Shown here one piece after another: positions 38,980 to 56,977 of a DNA stretch of 64,000 bases. Under the pieces are notes generated by a model. It did no database searches. It worked only from the letters and a program-made list of their open reading frames with translations, and was not told the origin of the DNA. The position numbers were made by a program, and so were the translations under genes. Each line of letters begins with the position of its first letter. Position 1 is the stretch's first letter. The DNA comes from the human T2T-CHM13v2.0 reference genome, Homo sapiens. The stretch lies in assembly GCF_009914755.1 (NCBI RefSeq), contig NC_060940.1. One strand, given 5' to 3'.

Positions 38980-39493
38980 AAGTGGTTCTTAAAGTGTGGT
39001 CTGGGAACTGTTGGGGGTCCCTGAGGCCTTCTCAGGGGATCTTTAATGACAAACTATTTTCACGATAATATAAAGACATTATTTTCCTTTCTCGCTTACT
39101 CTCTCATGAGTGTACAGTGGAGTTTTCCAGAAACTCCACTGCACGTCATACTGCATCAGAAATCAGAAGCAAATGTGAGAATCTAGCTACCTTCTATTAA
39201 GCCAGGTGTTACAGAGATTTGCAAAAAATGTAAAACAGTGCCTCCCTTCTTCCTAAATTTGTTTTCGTTGGGGAAAAATATGCATACTTTTCATAAATAT
39301 ATTTTATATACACAAGTAATAGGTTATTATGACTGTTTTTAAGTGAATTAATAAACATTTTAAGAATGCCTTAGTTTAAATATTACTATATAGGAAGTAA
39401 TTGATAGCACCTACCTAAGCCAAAGCTCTTTGGTGTTCCTCAATAATGTTTGAGACTATACAGCAATCCTGAGACCAAGTTTGAGAACTACTG
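38980..39493. mobile_element. Charlie4a-like hAT transposon
   Basis: agtggttcttaaagtgtggtc...ttctattaagccag...agagatttgcaaaaaatgtaaaaca...tttgagaactactg. Confidence 0.72.
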
Positions 39494-39640
39494 ACATAAT
39501 ACATAAGTACAATCAGAAATATTTACTGATTATTAAAATTAAAAGTTTAGGATTCTTTTATGTAGGCTGTTTTGCTACATGCCAAGCCTTTTGATTTGTA
39601 TTTTACTTCCATACACAATACACACACACAGAACAGATAG

Positions 39641-39985
<345 letters not shown>

Positions 39986-40067
39986 TAGAGAGAGGAACCC
40001 AGGCCCCTCAAGTCCTGAATCATCCTCAGGGAGGAAGAATGACCTGCTGTCAAGAGTTAGTCCTTGA

Positions 40068-40473
<406 letters not shown>

Positions 40474-40788
40474 TGAAACACTAACATAGTTTCTCACAGC
40501 TCAAGGCAACATCCCTGGGATGACCCCAGCTCCTGCTTAAAGTGACTGCTTTAGAAAACTCAAGGCTGCCAAAATAATTTACTGTTTGTTCCAGCTAACA
40601 CCTCTAGACAGGGCATCATCTCCCAGCCTCTGTAAGAGAGCAGGAGCCACACTTCATAAACAGCAGTTAGCAAACCCATTTGAGTCACACATAGACCAAC
40701 CCTCCCTTCCTGCTTTTGGTAATTCTTCACTTCCCTGAGTCCACTGAGCTCATCTCCCTTCCCTCCCTCCCACCTCTCTCCTTCTCCC

Positions 40789-41231
<443 letters not shown>

Positions 41232-42328
41232 TAAATGTGCCCTTACCCCTTTCATAGGGTCTGGCTTTGTTTATGTTTGACGCAGCCCAAGGCCACCTAG
41301 CCTGGACCTCAAGCCTGCAAGGCTAAGTCCTTGGGGTAAAAACCAAAGAGCCCAGCAAAGCGTGCTCAGAGCCCAGCCCCTGACTTAACCCACTCCCCTC
41401 TTCCCAACCCCACCAGGGGGACATGACAGTGACAGTCACAGCGCTCAGAGCACCCAAGGGACTGCAGGCAGGTGGCAGGGAAAGATCTGAACTGGCATCT
41501 CCTGGCTCTTTCCCTATCAGCATAAGAGACAGCTGTGTGGTACAGAGATACACAGCAGAGGGCGAAATAATGGCAGAGGAGAAAAAGACGAAAAGGAAGG
41601 AAATGCAAGAGAAAATGGAACGAGAAGAAGAAACAAACATCAGCTATTGTTTACTATGTGCTGATTACCTACCAGGCACGGAGCTAAGCCCGTGGCTTGG
41701 CATCGCTATTCATTCCTCAAAATTATCTCAAAAAGTAGGTCAGGGGTCAGCAAAACACCCTACCACCTGCTTTTGTCAATAAAGTTCTTCCAGGACACAG
41801 CCATGCCCATTCGTGCACACACTGAAGGTGGTGCTTTTGTGCTAGGACGGCAGAGTTGTGTAGCTATGACAGAGACTACATGCCCAGAAAAGCCAACATC
41901 TGGCTCTCCGCAGAAAAAATGAATGCCCCTTCAAATGGGGCCAGTGAGGCTGAGCCAGGCTTGCCCAAGGTCACTCGGTGGGTAAGAGGCAGGGTCAGAA
42001 GTGACGCACAGGAGTCAGACTCCAGAGACAACATGAGGTTGCAAAGTCAGACCCAAGGACAGAGGGAGAGAGAGCAGAGCCTTCCAGAAATGACAACAAC
42101 CATGTCTGTTTTGGAACAAAATGCCTCACACACAGAAGAGCTTTTCTATGGAGAGAGGCCTCCTAACTGTTTTTTGTTTGTTTGTTTGTTTTTAAGTGTC
42201 CCGAAGGCTGGCCTCTTCTTCGTTACTATTTGAACACAGTTTGCCTCTAATTAATTGCAGTATTCCATTGCGTTATTCCACAGTTATGGCCACAATACCC
42301 AAAGATCCAGAGAGAAAGGGGGTGTGGT

Positions 42329-42504
42329 AGAGACACAGAGAGAGAGACACACAGAGAAAGACACAGAGAGAGAGAGACACAGAGAGACAAAGAGAGAGAC
42401 ACAGAGAGAAAGATACAGAGAGAAAGATACAGAGAGAGACACAGAGCAAGAGACACAGAGAGAGAGACAGAGAGGGAGACACACACACAGATAGGCACAG
42501 AGAG
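42329..42504. repeat. (GA/GACA)n compound repeat
   Basis: Directly visible. Confidence 0.93.
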
Positions 42505-42558
42505 AATGTGAACAACCCAGTCTTGCTTTAATAATAAAGCCTTCTGCGTACCTCTCAG

Positions 42559-42790
42559 GCAGGGTTTCTCAAGGACAGCGCTGTTGACATTTGGGGCTGG
42601 ATAACTCTTTGTTTTAGGGGCTATCTTGTACATTGCAGGGTATCTAGCAGCATCTGTGAGCTTTACCCACTAGACCCCAGTCATGTGCCCTTGTTACAAC
42701 CAAAAATGTCTCCAGACCATTGTCAAATGTCTCCTGGAGTAGGAGTGGGGCAAAATCACCTTCCCACCCCCGACCCCTGCTGGGAACCAG
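42559..42790 (-). mobile_element. MER20
   Basis: cagggtttctcaa...tgacatttggggctggataactcttt...acaaccaaaaatgtctccagac. Confidence 0.82.
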
Positions 42791-43145
42791 GGCTCAAGGG
42801 CCCATACTGGCCGATCTCAGCTGCTCAAATCCTGTTCCCATTCAGAAACAGCCTTTCTTTCCCTCATTTTCCAACAGAAACAGACCCTGGCATCCAGCCA
42901 GAGCAGTCAGAATAGGAGAGAGGCTGGTATGAAGAGAGCTGGCTGGAGAAAGGGCCAGAGTTAACCAAGGAAGGGTATTCCAGAGGGGACAGAGGGAGGA
43001 GGCTGGCTGGGGTGACCAGGGAGAAATGGCAGCTGCATGAGGAAAGCGGGAGAAGTTAGGGTTCCCGCTAGGGAAGGATGACACAGAAGAGGAGGGACAC
43101 ATTCATTTGGGCAGTGGATAGTCTTTGAGTTGATGGCATGTCTTT

Positions 43146-43475
43146 TAATTTATTTTTTGTTGTTGGTTTTTTTTTTTTTTTTTTTTTTTTGAGACAGAGT
43201 CTCGCTTTGTCACCCAGGCTGGAGTGCAGTGGCACGATCTTGGCTTACTGCAACCTCAGCCTCCAAGGTTCAACAAAATCCTCCCACCTCAGCCTCCCAA
43301 GTAGCTGGGATTATAGATGCGCATCACCATGCCCGGCTAATTTTTTGTACTTTTAGTAGAGACGCGGTTTCACCATGTTGGCCAGGCTGGTCTCGAACTC
43401 CTGACCTCAAGTGATCTGCCTCCCTTGGCCTCCCAAAGTGCTAAGATTACAGGCTTTGAGCCACTGCGCCCGGCC
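43146..43475 (-). mobile_element. Alu (AluS-like)
   Basis: Full-length; TSD catgtct(t/c)ttaattt. Confidence 0.95.
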
Positions 43476-44526
43476 ATGTCTCTTAATTTAAGCCAGAAGC
43501 CACAACCGGGACCAATGGCTCCTTCAGGCACACAGGTGTCTGGTTCACTCTGTAGACTGTTTTCATTTGTTTAACTTAATCTCGGCCCACATTTCAAAAT
43601 CTAGAGATTTCATCTAAAACTTTGGATTTCTGCCCCTTCTGGAAACATCAGGGACCTGACAACACTGAGCTTAGATTTCTACGCATGACAGTTGTCTTGA
43701 GGCTAAGTAGCGGTCCCATGGTCTCCAGAAGGGGCATCTGCTCTGTCCGGCCCGGCCAGTGTCCCCTTAGCCCTCTGGCATGTCTGCACGCGGTGACACT
43801 GCTTCCCACCAATGACACAGGCTCTTCCGGGAGGCCTTCTACCTCCTGAGCTTTGCCTTGGAGATCTCAGAACCCCAAAAGATCCTTGTATTCCAGAGTG
43901 TTTGATGGAGGTGGCATTGTCCCTAATGAGGTGTTCTGGAAGCGTGTGGTGGCATTTCCAGTTATCACAATGATTGGGGGATGCTGTTGGCAATGAGTGG
44001 GTGGGAGAACATCAGAAACCCAGCAGGACAGGGGAACACTCGTGGCTGGACAATGAAGAGCTGTCCTGCATCCTGCACATCTTCTGAACGTCCCCAGATG
44101 TCCTGTGCGTAAACAACTCATTTATAATTATCCAGGCCAGGAGCCTAACTTAGATTTACATATGATACAACATTATTATGAATGGTTTTAACATAGCTGA
44201 ATTTTCTAGGAAAGTAACTACTGTTTCACTCAAGAAGAGATTTTATATCACTTAGTTTGACCACAGTTTCAGAAAATTACATCATCAAAGGCCACACAAG
44301 CTGTGGCTGTGAGTCACCAACACACACATCCATTCCCCGCCTGCATTTGTAACTACTGAATTCTCACTGACTCAATACGCAGTAGCTGACCTCTTCATGT
44401 ATCCTCCAGCCCCTTGCAACCAAGTGTGGACCACTGGCCAGCAACATCTGCATCACCTGGGAACGTGTTAGACGTGCAGAATCTCAGGCCCCAGCCTGGA
44501 CCACAGGAATCAGGGTCTGCACATTA

Positions 44527-45211
<685 letters not shown>

Positions 45212-45905
45212 TAAATAATAAAACATATTATCTGTTTATAAATTGCTGTCATATATTTCTTCTTCATACTATTTTAGCAGTCTATTGATCTTTTTTAGAG
45301 TTGTGGGTGTTTAAGTAGGATAGAATAAGGCTGGATTTCATTTCTGGTTGGGTGAAAGGAATGTTTTAAAAGATTTGTGACATTGAGCAGGGCTGGGTCT
45401 GCTGGGGTTAAAATCACAGGTTTATTCATTCCACATATGTTATTTGGGTGTCCACTCCCTGACAGATGGGGCAGGGGAAAAGGATATAGGAAGGGGAACT
45501 AAAGTATGCTTCCTGCTGTTGGTGGAATTCTGAGAAAAGAGAGGAAAGTAAGTATGAATATAAGTTATTTTAATATAGGACCAAAAGGGAGTGTAGGGAT
45601 GGGTGTGCTCAGGATTTGAATTTCATCAAGGGTGTGGAGCCTCACATGGTCTGGGGTCCAAGGAGAATGGAGGAGACTTCACAGAGAAAGCAGTTTTCCA
45701 GCCTCATCTTGAGAAGAAAGGAGCAAGACAGACAAAGGAAAAAAGGGCTTTCCAGGCAAGGGCAAAGCATGTGCAAAGGTGTGGTGAGAGGACCAGCCCA
45801 ACTCCTTTTATAATAACAACGATCCCAGCTAACACTTAGTGAACATTTACTCTAATGACTGAGCTACACACTTTATATAGATTATCTTTAAAACTCTCAG
45901 AGCAG

Positions 45906-46232
<327 letters not shown>

Positions 46233-48206
46233 CTATTGGGTAGGTGCAATTAGTATCCACATTTCACAGGTGAAAGTATGGAGGCATAGAGAGGTTAAGT
46301 AACTTGCCTCAAATCACACAGCATGGTTATAAACTTACATTGTTACTCCTGTGGGCTGTTAACAACTACGCTTGGCTCAGTGCCCCACAGGTTTCTAAAG
46401 TCCCCCCCAGGAGGAAACACCACTTCCACCAAAGGCCCTGGAAGAAAGCAATCACTAAGTGAGCTGATCTTTGACCTGGGGTGGGGAAGGGAGGAGTCCA
46501 GAAGTAAGAGAGTTATCTGAAAAGCCTGGGTTCCTGGTGTAAAGTCCTCTTGCCTGGCTGCCTGTGATTCATTCTCTACCTCTGTTATTTGAGATTCATT
46601 TCTAGGTTGGTGCCACGCCCCTGACTCCTGAAAGCCACAAACCACAATATTCTATTTGTCCCCTGGTTTTATTTCCCTATACACCTTCTCTGTCTCTCTT
46701 GATTCAACTCCCAGGAAGCCCTCTTGTCCTAACCATCATCCTTCCTCCCCAACATTCTCCGATCCAGGTCCTCTGGGACGGGGCACTTAAGGAGACAAAT
46801 GGGTCTCCTGCTGTTGAAAAACACCCAGTTTTCAAACTCATCCTTTGCCTGTGTGGGCCCTATCCCCCACACACACCCTGCCACAGTGGGTAATGAATGG
46901 TTCACTTGTAAGCTCATTACCGCAGGGCCTCTAAAGAAATGGAAATGCTCACGGAGCCAGAGACATAAATAAGGAGAGGCGCCTGTAAATAAATAAATAT
47001 AGATGCACATACACACACACAAACCCAGTTAATTTCTATCATCTGAAAGCCGGAACCATTTGGGGTGGGGAGAGAGAGAAAGAAATAGGCTCCTAATATT
47101 GCCATCCATGTGATTTCAGAACTGAGCTTCCCCAGAAGCTGCTAATAAATTATTTTTACTATGCAGAGGTACAAATGAATATGCTGCTGTCACCCCCTAA
47201 ATCTCCTTTATGAGCATGTGTTTGCCTTGGCCCAACCTACTGGGGACAGGGGCTTCCGAGCAAGTTTTCATTGGCCAAGTTCCTGAAGGAGGCTGCCATC
47301 TTGAAGGTCTGCTCTCTGTAAGCTGCGGGTGCCCCACTGGCACTTCCTGTTTATGCCTGAGGTTGGCATGGCCTGCAGGACATCCAATGTCGATTGGAAG
47401 GCCACAGGAATCAAAGTGACAGCAGTGCCTACACTCAAGCTTTTGGAAAATGATTTCTGCAGCCTGGACTGAGAGCTGCTGTTCACAAGATGGAATGTAC
47501 CCCTCTTGGCCATATACTTCAATAGGCCCTGACATTTTCTACCAAGTTTCAGGGTGGATATGCAAAAACCTCATCACTACCAACTTTCGCGTGCACTGTC
47601 ATCATCCAGAAGGAAACTCTGGTCACTCCCTTTGGAGGCAGTGTATCCAATGTCCAGTTCTCCAACTGTTCAGAGCAAGAAGTAGGCCATGGAAATCATG
47701 GTGATCATGATATGCTACCAGGACACGATGGGCACCGTCCGATGAAGTTGTTATAAATGTATGCCCTGGAGTCACTCTTGAGGATCTGAAATCCAGCTCT
47801 ACCACTTCCCAGCTGTGTGACCTAGGGAAAGTCGTTTACCCTCTCTGAGCCTTGCTTTCCTCCTACGTAAACTATCTATAATATCAAAACCTCGCAGGGC
47901 TAAAAAGATACGCTGACTTAACCAGTGCAAAGACACAGTTCAGAATAGTTAGCAGTTAATAAAAGGTAGCGGTTACCCACATCATTTCATGCGAACTCCT
48001 ACAACGACTTTTCATACATTCATTCACAGATATTTACTGAGTGCCAAGTACATCTTAGGTGCTGGGGACATGTCTGTGAATAAGACAGACAGATGCCTGC
48101 TCCTATCGAGCTTATATTTTAATAGCATGAGACAGACAACCATCCTACCAACAACTCAATAAACAGATTCTATCACAATGTTGGGCATCTGTTATCTATT
48201 TTTATC

Positions 48207-48862
<656 letters not shown>

Positions 48863-49283
48863 GTATTACCCACTGTTCCCAGATGTGGGAACTGAGGCTC
48901 ACAGCGGTTATCTCAGCAGGTTTATGAGCCAGAGTTGTCCCACCCAGGAGAGTTTTGGAAGTGAGAGGAGCAACCAGCAAGAGAGGCCGGCTGCCTGGCT
49001 GACAGGTAAAAGCTTTGTTTCCTCCTCCTCCTGCCCCTCCTGCCATGATTGACAGAGTGAGACGCCTCCCTGCGAACATGAGGCATCTAGTTCGGGTAGA
49101 CAGTTTGCTACTGGAGAAGTTCCTTATTCAAGGGGCTGAGCAGTAGTGGCACCTTTTCGTGTATGACCAGCCAGCCGTGCCCAGACTTCTGAAGTCTGGC
49201 TGGATTCAGACACCGAACTCCCTTTAGTCCTCAAAGGACCCATGAAACACCCAACACAAGGTGGTTCCAAGAGACCCGGTGGA

Positions 49284-49312
49284 CCGCAGTTGTTCAGGCC
49301 ACTAGATGGCTC
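49284..49312 (+). promoter_or_regulatory. Candidate CTCF site (core CCACTAGATGGCTC with an upstream GCAGT module)
   Basis: ccgcagttgttcaggCCACTAGATGGCtc; motif only. Confidence 0.45.
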
Positions 49313-51075
49313 TTTCTGTGAAATTTGCAGAGAGCAAGCCGGCAGCTGCACCTTGATACTGAAGCCGGGCTGCTTCCCTTTGGACAGTCAGGACGCATCT
49401 CCGAGAAGTTCTTCTTCATTGCCGCAGGTGGGTGGGTCACTACCTCTTCCTTTAAGGGGTATTCCCATTAAGGCTTTTCACTTCAGAGGAGTTTGACAAG
49501 GCGAGACTGGGATTTCCACACTGTCTACTAAATCAAAGTCATTGCCATCATGCAACTTTCTGCTAACTTTCCCAGCTTCAAGGGAAAAGTGGAGCTTCAT
49601 GGAGCTCCACTTCATCATCTGTTGGCTTCACATCATCCCATCAGAGACAAGCTCCATATAACAGCATCTACTGTTTACCCAAGATTTTGCACGATTCTCT
49701 TGTTTCATCCTCCCATTTATCTTTGGTGGAGATATTATCCGATGAGATAGAAAAGTAAACTGTGGCACAGAAAGGGGGTTACATGACTCAGGCAAAGTCG
49801 CCCAGGAAGCAAGGGGCAAGGCTGGGATCCATCCCAGGTCTGATTCTGAAGCTTGTACTCTTCACTTTACAGCCTCATCTATGCACAGGGAAGATCCTCC
49901 TGAGCTCTGCAAGTGTCCAAACTTAGAATGGGCAACCAAGGCTGACTGTGAACATTTCCTTCCTGGTTGGGCTTTAGGAAGAGAAGCGAAATTTGCCTAT
50001 TACCTCTACACACCTCCTGAGACCAGGAGAATCCTGGGTGACACCAGGCATTCAAGGATTTCATGATACAGTCTCTCCCTCCCTAATGCACCTTTCAGCG
50101 TTGCTACTGGGACAGCATTTCCTGTGCCTTTTTAAATTTAATCCTCTTCACAGCCCTCTCAAGAGGCAGCACGGCTCTGTGATCAGGAGCATGAATGCTA
50201 AAGCCAGACTACCTGGGTTCTCAACTTAGCCGTGCCGTTTTGAAGCTGTGTGACCTTGGGCAGGTTTCCCAGCTGTAGCCAGCTCATGGAGTTGAAATGA
50301 GAATTAAGTCAATGTTGGGAAAACACTTAGGACAAGGCCTGGAACACAAATTGTAGCTGTTACTAGTATGATCATTAATAGTAGTATGTCCTTTTTCAAC
50401 ATTTGAGTAAACAGAGGCTCAGAGAGGTGAAGACACTTCCTTAAGGCCACACAGATCAGGGATTTAAGCCATAGCACCAGACCTGGGAGCCAAGCTAATA
50501 TTCCCTCTCCAACACAGCCCCTTCAAGTCCCAGGCTGGAAGTGAGCTGCCCTTCTTAGCAGTGAAACACCTAGAAAATTGGCTGACAATTTATCGAGGGC
50601 GTCTTCAACAAGTGTGTCATTTTGGATACACTGTGGGCTAACTATTGGTGCAGAGAGTGGGCTGAGGGGTCAGCTTCTTCAGCATCTGGCTTCATCCATC
50701 TCTGGGTCATTGATGGCTTCTGTCAAGATGGCCAAAGAAGACCACGAGAGTCAGGCTAGGCCTCCTCCTCTGCATATTAATTACAGCCAAGGCAAAATGT
50801 GGCCACAGCAGCAGTTAGGGGACAACAGGACCCTGCAAGTCCTCAAGCAGTCAGGCAGAGGACACCTTGGGCACCCCGCCCTCTGCCCAGCACAATCTTC
50901 CGTGGCACTGCCGAGGACCTCAGCAAGATGCAGACCTCCAGGGATGTCAGCCTGTCTCCTCCTCTAGGTCTGTCCTCTTTCTGTCCCTCTGTTTGTCCCT
51001 CTCCCCTCTCTCAACCACCTCTCCATCATTCTGCAATCAACATCCTGCCCATGGTCAGGGATATCTAAAAAGCTA

Positions 51076-51387
<312 letters not shown>

Positions 51388-52174
51388 TCATCTTCTGAAG
51401 AATGGAGGTGGTCAGATTTTGTCTTATTTTCTGAAACATACTTCAATATTTTCCTAATACAAATATGTGTCAGATATAAAAAATTCCAATACAATCTAGA
51501 TTTATGAAATAATTCAAAATGTATTAAAATGTACAGAAAAATAATACAGTGCCCTTCCATGTACCAATTTTGTTATGTTTTATTCAATTATTTAAAGAAA
51601 TTAGACTTTGCAGAGACAACTGGGAAGTTCCTCCCAGCTTTCAACCACCATCTCCCAACCCAGAGGCCACTTCTATCCTTCACATTCATGTATTTATATT
51701 TTTAGTTAATACGTATGTGTTCACATACAATGTATAGTGTTATTTTGTGTATCTGTAAGTTTGACAAAAGGGCACCGTGCTGTAAATATCTCCTTTGCGT
51801 TTGCTTGTGTCATTCAATATTAGCATTTCTACCCCCATCTCCTCTCTCCTTTTATTTTCTCTCTTCTCAATTCTTCTTCCCTCAGGTAACATGATGCAGA
51901 AGGAATGACAGCATTTAGTTCACCAATTCTCAGCCTTGCCTTCCCATTGGACTAATCTGGGAGCCTTCACAAAATGCAGATGCCCAGGTGCCCACACGGG
52001 AGATACTGGTTTAGTGGGTTGGGGCTGGGCCTGGGAATCACGATTTCTAAAAGCCCCCAGACAGCGAGGGGTAAGCAACTGGATTTGGCCCCTCTTTCAG
52101 CTTTGGGTACCTGCTGTGAATCAAGGTCACTCCTGCTCAGAGGCCAGGTGAAGGAAGCATCTGATAGGCTGGCC

Positions 52175-52386
52175 TGCAGCATCCAGGGGAGCGGCTGAAG
52201 GACAGGTACTAGAGCTGGAGGCAGGCATCAGAGCCCCAGTGCCCGGTCACGCCCGGGGTTGTGACTCTGCTTGGCTCCATGCAGCATCCAGGGGAGTGGT
52301 GGAAGGACAGGTACCAGAGCTGGAGGCAGGCATCAGAGCTCCGTTGCCTGGCCACACCCGGGGTTGTGACACTGCTTGGCTCCATG
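52175..52386. repeat. 105-bp tandem duplication (2 copies, about 90% identical)
   Basis: tgcagcatccaggggag...tgcttggctcca at 52175 and 52280; 11 mismatches by manual alignment. Confidence 0.95.
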
Positions 52387-55293
52387 GTACTCTGTGGACC
52401 CTGCTCCCACCATCTGTAAACTGAGTGTGCTGGGTGAGGGCAGTACTTCCTAACACTTCCTCCCTTCACTGGATAATTTTACTTGGCTCACATTTAAACA
52501 TAAACATTTATGTTGTTAAAAAAAATGATGGTCATGATTCCTAAAATTCAAACAAAAGGAAAAAGGAACAATGCTATGGAACCCTGGCTAGACCAAGTTG
52601 CCTGGCTAAGGCTCTGAACCCAGAGAGTCCTTTGTCTGTTGCACAGGGAAATGTGTAAGTGTTGGCAAGGTGTTAAGGACATCAGCACCGTGCTGAGACT
52701 TTCTCATTGGTTTAATCCAAGAGATTGCAGGAGCACTGGAAAGGCAATCATTTCCTCCCTGGATGATTCAAAGTTATTTAATATCCACAGAATCCCCGCA
52801 AATCATCTTGGGTGCCACCGTGGGCCACAAACACTTCTTGGAAACACATGGACCTGGGTCAGTCCCTCTGGTCCCTTATCACATGGATGCTGTAGGGTTC
52901 TATGGTTCTATGGGCCATACCTGAGATTCCATTACAGGGGAATGTCACTCCCCTCCCTTCTCTCTCAGTCTCCCAGAATGGGGATGGATGAAGAGATCCA
53001 GGGTGAGCTATAATTCCCCTCACCCAGCCTTAATCTGGCTGTCTTCCCGGCCAGAGCTCTCCAGGCAACTCCACTTTCTACCTCCAAATAATGATGGTAG
53101 TACTAAGTGCAGCACTGACTGTATGCTAGGAACTGTTCTAAGCACCCTGCATGGTCTAGTCCTTTTAAACTTCATGGCAGCCCTAGGGGGCAAACACAGT
53201 CAGCACTCCTATTTCTAAAATGGAGAAACTGAGGCACAGGGAATAAAATACCTTACTGAAGACCCTCACCCCAGCCCCCCACTTCCCTACCCCCTGGCCA
53301 GTAAGTAGCCACGAACAACTGTACTACAATGCCCTTTTGAATGGCGGGGGTGCTGACAGCTGTCTATTTGCTCTAAAGATGTGGCTGCTTCAGGGAGCAA
53401 GTGAGCAGGGGGAGAAAGAGGAAAAGCATTTTTAGAAATTATTTCCGACAGGTGACCACATACTAAAATAACAACATTTGGTTTGCCTTGCTAGCTGGAG
53501 GCAAAAATCGGCTCAGGTGGGAGGGTGAGGCTGCAGGCTAAATGCAGACAAGGCTGGCTTGCCCTGAGTTGGCCCAGTTCTAGGAAGGGCACCGGCATTT
53601 CTGCCATTAATTGATGCACTGGGAACCCCCAGCTTGGTTTTCTTTAAGGAGAGAAGGAGCTGGGTCTTTCATGGTGTAACTGTGAAAATGAGAACCTCCC
53701 AGGGGCTGCAAGACCTGGTTGTATATGGAGTCCAGTGAGCTATTTTAGGGACGAAGTGTAAAATTGTGGAAAACAGTTGTAACACAGGATGGGGTGTGTG
53801 TATGAATATTTTTATTGAAAGCAAGAATATTTACTGCATACTTACTATATGCCACTGTTGTAAGGGATTAACCTGCATTACACTATTTCATCCTTGCAAG
53901 GATCCTTAGATATAGCTACTATTGCTAACCCCATTTCACAGACAATGAAACTGACACACAGCAATAAGTCACCCCCCCCAAGTCACACAGCTAGTAAGCA
54001 GCTCGTTCAGAGCATAAAATCCAGGGCTCATCACCTCCAAACTTCACATATTGCATGCATAGACCCACATTTCCAGAACGCCTAAGAAATTCCCAGTCAT
54101 CCAGCACGAGTGGATGGAAATGAAGGGGCACATCCCGTCCTCGCTTGGAAGGAAGAAGGAGCTAGCCCTGGAAAACTGACAGACTGGCACGTCTGGAGGC
54201 AAAGCCAAGCCAACGGGAGCAGATGGAGCCCAGGCAGCAGATGTTAATACAGTTTGCTTTTTCCATATGCTCTTCTGTTTAGCTGTAATAAGTGAATTGT
54301 TCTTTAATATCTGTCAGGAGCTCAAACTCTGAAGGCCGGGGGCAGTCACAGTCACTCAAAAAGACACAAAGGGAAGCTGGCCAGCCGTCTCTTCACATCC
54401 CAGAGGAAGGGTACAGAATGTGAAGAAAGATGCCAAACACAGCAAAGTCCAGGTCTTTGTGTACACACACACGCATGTGCACACATAGGCACACACGCAC
54501 ACACTCCTCGCCTGCCATGACAGTGAGATTCTCACTTGACATTCTAGAGTCTTTGAAATCCTGCCTCAGCGTCCTTCCCACTCAGTAATAACAACTAAGT
54601 AGAATTTTCAGATTTTGCCTTTGAAATGACAACAATGAAAGACCCAATTTGAAATGTATAAAGGGCTCCAACGGCTTTGCTCCTTGGGACTTCCAACGCA
54701 ACCACAACTCATTTCCTTAATCAAGGGCAGCAGGGCCACTGCAGAACCCTGTCTTCTGTCTTGGGATACTTCACGTGTCTTGGGACATCCAGCCCCATCA
54801 CTATTATCACATAGGGGCGGGGTGTGATGGTGACGTCTGTGAACAGTATTTCTTCAACGATATTTCCATTTGACAACCATGAATTAGGACTCTCATATAG
54901 TCTCACCAACTTCATCTTCTTTCTAAGTATCCAGCTGTGATACTGTTATCCGCACTACCACTATACACCCGCCCAGTCAGAGAATAAACACAGAGGGAAG
55001 GTCCCCTGGTCCTCACAGTTCCAGCTCAACATAGAGCAGAGGTTGAGTTCTGAGCTAAACCTCAGCATTATCCCTTAAAATCCACGTGACCTTGGGCAAG
55101 TTACTTCTGACATTTCTAAGCCTCAGTTTCTTCATCTATTAAATGGAAAGAAATAGCACCTTCCTCCCTCAACAGTCCTGTTGCGAAGATCAAATGTTAA
55201 GAAATGCAGGTTAAGTGTTCAGCACAGCAACCGGTACTTAGCAAACACTTACTGAGGAGCAGCTACTATTTTTTTATTATTACTTCTATTTCT

Positions 55294-56130
<837 letters not shown>

Positions 56131-56882
56131 AGAATGCATTGCCTGGGTGCTGCTCCAGCCTCTTCTCTCCGGGGTGTTGCTGGGGAGGGATGAGGGAAAA
56201 TGCACAAGTGATGGGAATTTACTTAGAAGTTTCTGGCTGCAAGCTTGGGTGACTAGAATCACCCAGGACCCCATGGTAGTGATGATCTCACACCAGCAAA
56301 TGGCTTTAAATCAGAATTCAAATGAGTCTGGTAAACCAGGATAAAGTGTGTAATTTAAAGCATCCCGGAAGCCCTGGGAACTTGCGCTAGATGCTTCTCG
56401 ATCTGCTCTCAGGGGATCTCCAGCATTATTCTGGAGAGATCTGGTAGCAGAATTAATGACTCTGGCATTTCCCACCTGATCTAGGGCTTTGATCCTTCCT
56501 GCCCCATGACTGTCTCAGAACCAAAGGTTGTGGGACAATGGGCACTGTGCATGTGCCCAGACCAAGAATCAGCATTTAGGCCTGGCTGCAAATTTCACCA
56601 TCATGCCCGGGGGCCCTGCTTTCTGCTGATGTTTCAGCCAGGAATGCCAGGCCCTTCACCCCTCACCCTGACTTGCATTCAAATGACCCCTGCCTCTGTC
56701 TCCTTCACCAGACTTTCTCCTCCTCCTCTATGCCTACAGAACACTTTTACCAACTCCACTACAGAACTTTCCACCTGAATTGCTTGTTAACATGGTATAG
56801 CCCCCTAAAAATGTGTCCTTCTGAGGAGCAGAACTTATTCAAGTTTATAACCCCCAAGGGTCTAGCCCCAAACCTGGTGTAT

Positions 56883-56885
<3 letters not shown>

Positions 56886-56918
<33 letters not shown>

Positions 56919-56977
56919 ATGTGTGTGTGAGTGAGAGAGAGAGAGAAAGAGAGAGAGACAGAGAGACAGAGAGAGAC
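56886..56977. repeat. (TG)n(GA)n compound microsatellite
   Basis: Directly visible. Confidence 0.95.

Noticed and set aside
52175-52386. CRISPR-like or coding repeat interpretation of the 105-bp duplication
   Set aside because: Only two contiguous copies, no spacers, eukaryotic intron context
52682-52696. TCAGCAC-C-GTGCTGA palindrome resembling a REST left half-site
   Set aside because: Lacks the GGACAG right half; short palindromes are expected by chance
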